A stretch of DNA of 32,000 nucleotides from assembly GCF_018336915.1 (NCBI RefSeq), contig NZ_CP064923.1, positions 4,050,001-4,082,000 of the forward strand, in the 5' to 3' direction. Shown piece after piece: positions 26,169-32,000 of this stretch. The DNA is from Acaryochloris marina S15. Lineage in GTDB: Bacteria; Cyanobacteriota; Cyanobacteriia; Thermosynechococcales; Thermosynechococcaceae. The notes below the pieces were generated by a model. The model had not been told where the DNA came from. It ran no database searches and saw only the letters and a list, made by a program, of their open reading frames with translations. How positions within the stretch are numbered: the stretch's first letter is position 1; every line of letters begins with the position of its first letter. Made by a program: the position numbers and the translations under genes.

Positions 26169-27362
26169 CTAGTCTGGGGTATCCATCTCTAACCAATCTG
26201 GTAAATCGTCTAGATTGAGTTTGTCGTGAGTTGCTAATGTTTCGCGATCATGTATCGATGGCAAACGATTTGATGATGAGTGATTGACGTCAGCTTGATG
26301 ATTTTTACGCGAGGGGGATGGTTTAGGCACAGCCTGAGCTGAGATAGGATCGTTGAGAATAGACTGCTGTAATTCAACCTTGGGGGTTTGAGGTATTATC
26401 GGTTGAGTCGATTGTGGTGGTTTGTGTTTTGACTTTACAGGTTTAGATAGATGGTTGGCATTGTTTTGTCTTAAATGATCCACGGCATCTTTACGTGCTG
26501 TCTCGACAGCTTTCTTAGCCAAGGTGCGATGAGGCAAGATTACATTTTGAAATAAAAATTCAATCGTTTTGGATTTCAACCAGCCCCGAGAAACTAGAAT
26601 TTCTCCAAATCGCATTCCTGTTAATTCTTGATCGGATAAAACAACTTCAACTTGAGCTGGAGACAATAATCCAGCTTCAATTAAGTACCCTCCAATCCGT
26701 TTAATATCTGGTGAGTGAGATGCTACAGCACGTCGGTGATTCGCATGATATTTTTCTGATTTCTCAGGGTTATGGCCAGATTTGAGCGCCTGGCTTTTAT
26801 CCCTTTTCAAGACAGAGGAGACAGGAGTGGGTTGCTCTACTTTCTGCAGCCAAACTAACATATCAAGGGGATAAATCTCTGTTTGATAACCAGAGGTTTG
26901 AATGGTTAAGGTACCATGCTCACAATGAACATCTCGGATAGGATACCAAATACCACGGTGGAGGATTAGCAAGCTCATTAATGCCAGTTGCTTATCGCTC
27001 TTTTTGTAGCTCCACCATGTTTGCAACAAGTCTAAAGAATCAGTGAAGCGGACATGATAATGTTCAGGAATTTCAACCGGCTCATACTCATAAAAACCAG
27101 CGATTTTTGACTGACGAATTGGCAAGCATTTTTGCGCAATCATGGCTTCATGCAGTTGAGGCCAGAAGCTTGATTTATAGCGAATCGAAGTAAAAGGCTT
27201 TTCACCATCTAGTTTGGCTGTTGCGACAAGGCCTTCCGTTTTAGCTAGGAGTTGTAGAGTGTCGCTAATCGGCTCAACTCTGAGGTCTGAGTTCGAAAGT
27301 AATGTGGACTGACCTGATAAATAACTGGATACAAATGCTTGTAGTAGTTCGAGGTCATCCAT
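26169..27362 (-). CDS. hypothetical protein with a tandem MshEN-type (T2SSE N-terminal-like) putative c-di-GMP-binding motif and a basic/Pro-rich tail
   Basis: Residues 222-274 read RIGGYLIEAGLLSPAQVEVVLSDQ-ELTGM-RFGEILVSRGWLKSKTIEFLFQNV. These fit the tandem 24-residue motif RLGxx(L/V/I)(L/V/I)xxG(L/V/I)(L/V/I)xxxxLxxxLxxQ with a 5-residue spacer; the first copy fits at every fixed position with I for L, the second is degenerate. I do not recognise the N-terminal ~180 aa. Confidence 0.6.
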   Translation of the reverse strand: MDDLELLQAFVSSYLSGQSTLLSNSDLRVEPISDTLQLLAKTEGLVATAKLDGEKPFTSIRYKSSFWPQLHEAMIAQKCLPIRQSKIAGFYEYEPVEIPEHYHVRFTDSLDLLQTWWSYKKSDKQLALMSLLILHRGIWYPIRDVHCEHGTLTIQTSGYQTEIYPLDMLVWLQKVEQPTPVSSVLKRDKSQALKSGHNPEKSEKYHANHRRAVASHSPDIKRIGGYLIEAGLLSPAQVEVVLSDQELTGMRFGEILVSRGWLKSKTIEFLFQNVILPHRTLAKKAVETARKDAVDHLRQNNANHLSKPVKSKHKPPQSTQPIIPQTPKVELQQSILNDPISAQAVPKPSPSRKNHQADVNHSSSNRLPSIHDRETLATHDKLNLDDLPDWLEMDTPD

Positions 27363-27450
27363 AAAAATGAGGTGCTGAACTTTGAATAGAATGGCGATCT
27401 TATTGTCATCATAATCGTTCGTTCACCCCCCTCGCCATAGGCCAAGAAAT

Positions 27451-29373
27451 TTAGGCGGATTTTCGTTGGGTGGGAAGTCCGACTGGAATGGAAGCGATTA
27501 GTTTACGAGTATATTCAGCGTCAGGATGATGGTAGATCTGGTCGGCTGGGCCAATTTCTTCGAGTTTGCCACGATTCATCACCATAATGCGATCGCTCAT
27601 AAATTTCACCACACTCAAATCATGAGAAATGAAAATATAGGTCAGATCAAATTCCCGTTGGAGCTCTTTCAGTAAGTTAAGCACCTGAGCCTGGACTGAA
27701 ACATCCAATGCTGAAACGGATTCATCACAAATAACAAATTTGGGGTTTAACGCCAATGCCCGAGCAATACAGATACGCTGTCGTTGCCCACCAGAGAATT
27801 CATGGGGATAGCGGTTCATGTCACTGGATTTAAGACCGACCCGTTCTAGGAGATACGCTGTGCGATCGCGCGGTGTATTGCCCCCTTGTTGAGCAGAAAT
27901 CCGCTCCGTGAGCCCCCCCGCAATTCGCATAGGCTCCATAATCGCCGCCCCTACATTCATACGTGGATCCAAAGAGCTATAAGGATCTTGGAAAATAATT
28001 TGCAAATTTTGTCGCAGTTTTCGCAGGTTGCGACCCTTGAGGTGGGTAATATCTCGATCTGCAAACTGGATACTGCCGCTAGTGGGCTTAATCAGCCGCA
28101 CTAGCGTGCGACCTAGCGTGGTCTTGCCACATCCAGACTCTCCAACCAATCCCAAGGTTTCCCCTGGATAGACATCAAAAGAAACATCATTAACGGCTGT
28201 GACATAGCGAGCTGTTTTACCAAACATCCCCTTCACAGGGAAAAACACCTGAAGATTTTTGACACTCAGTAAGGGTTTTTGTTGAGTCAAGGTTTCTAGT
28301 CGTCCCTGCATCTCCAATGCAGAAATTTCTGGAGCAGCATCAGCCAGAGAAACAGGTGAATCTTCAATCGTTTGATCTATTGATGGAGAAATTCCAGCCT
28401 CTGGAGTTTCAGCTGCCATAAAATCAGCAACGGTTGGCAAACGTTTCAGTCTCTGATCGGGGCGAGGGCGACAAGCAAGAAGTCCCCGAGTATAAGGATG
28501 CTGGGGATTATTGAAGATCTCTTGAGCAGACCCTGTTTCCACCACCTTGCCTTGATACATAACAGCCACCGTATCAGCCAGTTCAGCCACAATTCCTAAG
28601 TCATGGGTGACGAAAATAATCGACATTTGTCTGCGATCGCGAAGTTCTCGCAGCAAATCCAAAATCGTCGCCTGTACCGTTACATCCAAAGCCGTTGTGG
28701 GTTCATCCGCAATCAGAATTGCTGGGTTAGACGCAATGGCCATGGCAATCATCACTCGCTGAATTTGTCCTCCTGACATTTGATGAGGATACCGATCCAA
28801 ATAAGAGCGCTTTTGGCGGTTGATCTGCTTCTGTATCTCTGCATCGTCGGGAGAAGCATTCTCTGGGTTAGCTGAATCCAATACGATGTGCTGCAATTCT
28901 TGATCAGACGGAATAAGCTTCACCTCTTGAAGAAGAGAAATAGCTCGTCGCCGTGCCGCTGATACGGACAAATCTTCATGCAAGCGCAAGGCTTCTACAA
29001 TCTGAAACCCGCAGGTATACACCGGATTGAGGGAGCTCATGGGCTCTTGAAAAATCATAGAAATTTGACTACCCCGATAGGCCTGCATGGCATTCATGGG
29101 GAGTTGCAGCAAATCCACTGATTTAACGTCATTCTCGGAAGATGAGGAGTCATGGAACCGAATTTCACCTTGGACTATCTTGCCTGGCGGAGTGGGGACT
29201 AACCGCATCACTGACAACGAAGTGACTGACTTGCCTGAACCCGATTCTCCAACAATCCCTAGGGTTTGGCCTCGATGCACCGTCAAGGAGACGTTATTCA
29301 CTGCATTGACAGTTTGTCCTTCGGTCTGGAATTGTACCTGCAGATTCCGGATCTCAAGAATTGGGTCAGTCAT
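27451..29373 (-). CDS. fused double-NBD ABC transporter ATP-binding protein, oligopeptide/dipeptide/nickel (DppD/F, YejF/GsiA-like) family
   Basis: Two complete nucleotide-binding domains. NBD1: GESGSGKS ... MSGGQIQR ... [12 protein letters not shown] ... [14 protein letters not shown]2: GESGCGKTT ... FSGGQRQR ... [12 protein letters not shown] ... [13 protein letters not shown] long linker lies between them. Confidence 0.88.
   Translation of the reverse strand: MTDPILEIRNLQVQFQTEGQTVNAVNNVSLTVHRGQTLGIVGESGSGKSVTSLSVMRLVPTPPGKIVQGEIRFHDSSSSENDVKSVDLLQLPMNAMQAYRGSQISMIFQEPMSSLNPVYTCGFQIVEALRLHEDLSVSAARRRAISLLQEVKLIPSDQELQHIVLDSANPENASPDDAEIQKQINRQKRSYLDRYPHQMSGGQIQRVMIAMAIASNPAILIADEPTTALDVTVQATILDLLRELRDRRQMSIIFVTHDLGIVAELADTVAVMYQGKVVETGSAQEIFNNPQHPYTRGLLACRPRPDQRLKRLPTVADFMAAETPEAGISPSIDQTIEDSPVSLADAAPEISALEMQGRLETLTQQKPLLSVKNLQVFFPVKGMFGKTARYVTAVNDVSFDVYPGETLGLVGESGCGKTTLGRTLVRLIKPTSGSIQFADRDITHLKGRNLRKLRQNLQIIFQDPYSSLDPRMNVGAAIMEPMRIAGGLTERISAQQGGNTPRDRTAYLLERVGLKSSDMNRYPHEFSGGQRQRICIARALALNPKFVICDESVSALDVSVQAQVLNLLKELQREFDLTYIFISHDLSVVKFMSDRIMVMNRGKLEEIGPADQIYHHPDAEYTRKLIASIPVGLPTQRKSA
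27589..27596. repeat. HIP1 palindrome GCGATCGC
   Basis: Exact octamer read in the sequence. Confidence 0.95.
27862..27869. repeat. HIP1 palindrome GCGATCGC
   Basis: Exact octamer read in the sequence. Confidence 0.95.
28633..28640. repeat. HIP1 palindrome GCGATCGC
   Basis: Exact octamer read in the sequence. Confidence 0.95.
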
Positions 29374-29571
29374 AAAGAAGCCATTCTAAATATTGGGAAG
29401 GAATTAACCGTGATTTTAGCAAGCTGTTTCGGAAAGCAGAAATCTATCAATCAGGCTGGAAAGAGAAGCTATTAGCGCCTAGAGAAGCAAGGTGTGTTCC
29501 TTCTGAATTCCTGTTACCCTGATAACACATTTACTTCGGCAAGTATTTTATATCGAGGGAGAACATCGATC

Positions 29572-29799
29572 GTGGCTCATACTATTGTTACTGACGTTTG
29601 TGAAGGCATTGCGGATTGCGTCGATGCCTGTCCTGTGGCATGTATCCACGAAGGTCCAGGGAAAAACGTGATTGGTACAGACTGGTATTGGATTGATTTC
29701 TCAACCTGTATTGATTGTGGAATTTGTCAGCAAGTTTGCCCTGTAGATGGTGCCATCCTGGCTGAAGAACGGTCTGATCTGCAAAAAACCCCTTCTTAA
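29572..29799 (+). CDS. small 2-cluster ferredoxin (7Fe-type pattern: 3Fe-4S plus 4Fe-4S)
   Basis: (M)AHTIVTDVCEGIADCVDACPVACIHEGP...CIDCGICQQVCPVDGAI aligns with the Azotobacter FdI-type N-terminus [29 protein letters not shown]...CIDCALCEPECP, but lacks the second Cys of the first motif. GTG 29572 is preceded by GAGGGAG about 10 nt upstream. The track ORF starts further upstream, at 29494. Confidence 0.75.
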   Translation: MAHTIVTDVCEGIADCVDACPVACIHEGPGKNVIGTDWYWIDFSTCIDCGICQQVCPVDGAILAEERSDLQKTPS

Positions 29800-29811
29800 G
29801 GCTTGAACACG

Positions 29812-30570
29812 ATGATGGATTCTGTGACGCCAGCTTCAAATCGAGAGTTGCTGTTGCAAGTTGAGAATGTTTTTGCCGGGTATGTTCCTGGCTTAGATAT
29901 TTTGCAGGGGATCAATCTCAAGCTGTTTGCCGGAGAAATCATTGCGATTATTGGCCCAAATGGTGCAGGAAAATCAACCTTAGCCAAGGCAATCTGTGGT
30001 TTGTTATCCCCGAATACCGGCTCTATTCTATGGCGTGGGGAAAATATTGGTGGGCGTAAACCGAATGAAATTGTTACCCAAGGAGTTTGCTATGTTCCAC
30101 AGCTAGCCAATGTTTTCCGCTCGCTTACGGTAGAAGAGAACCTAGAGATGGGGGCTTTTATTCGAGATGTTCCTTTAGGGGAACTGAAGTCCAAAATCTA
30201 TACCACCTTCCCGAAATTAGCTGACCGTCGTCGTCAACAAGCTGGGACTCTTTCAGGAGGAGAACGACAAATGCTGGCCATGGGCAGAGCAATGATGCTG
30301 GAACCAGGGTTATTAATTCTAGATGAGCCTTCGGCTGCCCTTTCACCCATTTTAGTGGATGACATCTTAGCCAAAATTCGTGAGATTAATGCCGAAGGAA
30401 CTTCAGTTATTTTAGTTGAACAGAATGCCCGTAAGGCCCTAGCGATGGCTGATCGAGGTTATGTCCTTGATTCAGGCCGAGATCGCTTTGAAGGGCCAGG
30501 TCCACAACTATTAGATGATCCAAAAGTAGGTGCACTGTATCTAGGCGGACATTCATCTACCGAAAGTTAG
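29812..30570 (+). CDS. branched-chain amino acid/neutral amino acid-type ABC transporter ATP-binding protein (LivF-like)
   Basis: Walker A GPNGAGKST, signature LSGGERQML, Walker B LLILDEPSAALSP, and C-terminal DDPKVGALYLGG typical of LivF/BraG-type ATPases. The track start is TTG 29803. ATG 29812 or 29815 is more likely. Confidence 0.82.
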   Translation: MMDSVTPASNRELLLQVENVFAGYVPGLDILQGINLKLFAGEIIAIIGPNGAGKSTLAKAICGLLSPNTGSILWRGENIGGRKPNEIVTQGVCYVPQLANVFRSLTVEENLEMGAFIRDVPLGELKSKIYTTFPKLADRRRQQAGTLSGGERQMLAMGRAMMLEPGLLILDEPSAALSPILVDDILAKIREINAEGTSVILVEQNARKALAMADRGYVLDSGRDRFEGPGPQLLDDPKVGALYLGGHSSTES

Positions 30571-30592
30571 GTCTTGGCTCAACCTAACATCA

Positions 30593-31282
30593 TCATTCTT
30601 CTGGCACAGTGTCTTGCATTCCTCTTAAGGCTTCACCAAAGAAGGTTTGATCTGCTGAAGGGGATGGCGAAAATAAAGGACGATCTAAAACAAGAGGCTC
30701 TGTTCTAGGTTCTAATTCCAATAAATCTCTAATCGGCTCATCCAATGATTCAAATTTCATCTTGCCATTTTGGTTCAAGATAGTCTGGCCGGTCGCATCG
30801 ACCAGCACAAATTGAGGAACAAATTGCCCGTTGTAATAATACTGAGCCTCAGTAGGCTCGTAGTCCCGTCGAGTATTAATGGCATCTACCATCATGGGCA
30901 TAAAGTTGAGTTGACGTCTATATTCGGCCTGTAGCTGGGTCAACACCAAGGCATTTTGTTTGCATTCCTGACTATCGTCTGAATAAAACATGATTAGGGT
31001 GGGCATTTCCTTCTTCATTGCCGCTGCTAAGTTTACTTTTGGTGGAACCAATGCAGCATTACTGGCATACAGGATAAAGATATTGCCATCGAATTCATCG
31101 TCGTTAATACCTGCGATCGCATCTTGAGACATTCCCATCCCAAATCCAAACAGGAACAAAACTAGGACCAACCCACTCATAAAACGTTGACCGATACGAC
31201 GCCAGCTTGGACGAATACCTACGCCAAAAATCATGATTACAATTCCTCCAACAGCAAACGTACTAACCCGCCCAAGCACCAT
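30593..31282 (-). CDS. membrane-anchored thioredoxin-fold protein without a CxxC motif; possibly the cyanobacterial 'thylakoid membrane photosystem I accumulation factor' family (name from memory)
   Basis: N-terminal hydrophobic anchor(s), then a thioredoxin-like layout (PTLIMFYSDDSQECKQNALVLTQLQAEY ... VPQFVLVDATGQ) with a single Cys where thioredoxins have WCGPC. The start is uncertain: ATG 31282 or ATG 31180 (MSGLVLVLFLF...). Confidence 0.5.
   Translation of the reverse strand: MVLGRVSTFAVGGIVIMIFGVGIRPSWRRIGQRFMSGLVLVLFLFGFGMGMSQDAIAGINDDEFDGNIFILYASNAALVPPKVNLAAAMKKEMPTLIMFYSDDSQECKQNALVLTQLQAEYRRQLNFMPMMVDAINTRRDYEPTEAQYYYNGQFVPQFVLVDATGQTILNQNGKMKFESLDEPIRDLLELEPRTEPLVLDRPLFSPSPSADQTFFGEALRGMQDTVPEE
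31112..31119. repeat. HIP1 palindrome GCGATCGC
   Basis: Exact octamer read in the sequence. Confidence 0.95.
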
Positions 31283-31437
31283 AGCTTAAAACTGCACTCT
31301 ACAGTACTTGTAGCATTGCAGCACAAGACAGTGCTGGATAATAATCTTCCAAACACACCTGCTAGTTGAAGTACTAGCCATTTAGATAGCAATAGAATTG
31401 ACTGAAGTCAGATTATCAAACGACTAACCATCTTTTC

Positions 31438-32000
31438 TTACTGATCTTTTTTAGTCGGGATGCGCTCATACCCAGGCTTAGTCTTCGTCATTTTTCCCCA
31501 TAGACCCTTCACATCATTGAGCAGTGCTTCCCCCTTCTCTGCTATCTCCTTGGAGTCAACCTTGGGTGTCTTTGGTGTTGTCGAGTCTGCAGATTTAGAT
31601 GCCTTATCTTCAGGATTCTCTACTTTAGGCTCAGAAGTTGCTGTAGATGTATCTGGCTCTTTAACTTGTTCCTTCGGCTTATCCTCACCGCCCTTCGACT
31701 CTACCTTAGCCACAGGTGTAGACTTCTCACCCACTGCCTTTGTATCGACCTTCGGTGCTGGTGCTGGTGCTGACGTGATTTTAGGAGCAGGAGTCGTTGG
31801 GGCTTTAGATTCTGGCTTTGCCTGAGAAGCTGCTGCCTTAGGTGTGGGCTTCACCTCTGCTTTAGCTTTTGGCTTCGCTTCTGTCTTAGGTTTTGCCTTA
31901 GATGTCCCAGCCGTGAGAGACTTTGCCGCAGGTCCCTTGGCTTTGGGCTTGGCCTCTGCTTTCGGCGCTGGCTTATCCTTACCCTTGGCTTTAACGTCTG
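31438..32000 (-). CDS. Lys/Pro/Ala/Thr-rich low-complexity protein, 5' end outside the window
   Basis: The minus-strand frame is open from the window edge (DVKAKGKDKPAPKAEAKPKAKGPAAK...KAEVKPTPKAAASQAKPESKAPTTPAPK...). The track's 'M' at 31854 is an internal GTG (Val). It ends in a short non-repetitive tail LLNDVKGLWGKMTKTKPGYERIPTKKDQ. Confidence 0.6.
   Translation of the reverse strand, partial: DVKAKGKDKPAPKAEAKPKAKGPAAKSLTAGTSKAKPKTEAKPKAKAEVKPTPKAAASQAKPESKAPTTPAPKITSAPAPAPKVDTKAVGEKSTPVAKVESKGGEDKPKEQVKEPDTSTATSEPKVENPEDKASKSADSTTPKTPKVDSKEIAEKGEALLNDVKGLWGKMTKTKPGYERIPTKKDQ

Noticed and set aside
31288-31321. Interrupted hairpin CTGCA-CT-CTACA-GTACT-TGTAG-CAT-TGCAG followed (on the minus strand) by UUUU, only 6 nt upstream of the annotated start of the thioredoxin-fold gene. 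It could be a terminator for the Lys/Pro-rich gene.
   Set aside because: It consists of two 5-bp stems with internal loops and only four U residues, which is too weak to call. It does add some doubt about the 31282 start versus ATG 31180.
1-32000. Search for CRISPR arrays, toxin-antitoxin pairs, restriction-modification genes, integrases/transposases, phage genes or other defence-island hallmarks.
   Set aside because: I saw no regularly spaced direct repeats. I recognised no integrase, transposase or recombinase ORF and no nuclease/methylase pair. The PIN domain here is the conserved membrane-anchored PIN/TRAM (YacL-like) housekeeping type, with no adjacent antitoxin-sized gene.

Overview
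This window looks like a chromosomal, mostly housekeeping segment of a cyanobacterium. Supporting evidence: a six-helix IsiA/Pcb-type chlorophyll antenna gene, ndhL, the Ftn2/ZipN (ARC6-like) division gene, and at least ten exact copies of the cyanobacterial HIP1 palindrome GCGATCGC. An Acaryochloris-like origin is only a guess from composition and the Pcb-like gene. About 30 protein genes and one tRNA-Thr(CGU) are supportable: serA-prmA, a heparinase II/III-family gene, a HIT hydrolase, isiA/pcb-like, an LpxB-related protein, an SLH protein, hemW, a PIN/TRAM membrane protein, trpA-DUF3007-ndhL, lpxD, zipN, pdhA, a Nudix hydrolase, two tandem type IV pilin genes plus a downstream unknown, comM/yifB, a hypothetical protein with a tandem MshEN-type motif, a fused oligopeptide-type ABC ATPase, a small ferredoxin, a LivF-like ABC ATPase, a thioredoxin-fold membrane protein, and a Lys/Pro/Ala-rich protein running off the right edge. 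I saw no CRISPR array, no recognisable defence system, no prophage and no full-length IS. The best leads cluster at 21.3-27.4 kb. (1) comM/yifB is split after codon 25 by a ~91-nt AT-rich insertion with terminal inverted repeats, a miniature mobile-element-like insert. (2) A 78-nt nested perfect palindrome lies just upstream, in the pilA/comM divergent region. (3) The neighbouring 397-aa hypothetical carries a close match to the tandem 24-residue c-di-GMP-binding MshEN motif. (4) pilA1/pilA2 paralogs sit in long AT-rich spacers. A second compositionally odd block (2.2-5.7 kb) holds 1.3 kb of ORF-free AT-rich DNA followed by an orphan heparinase II/III-like gene. All functional calls rest on motif recognition by eye; no database search was run.
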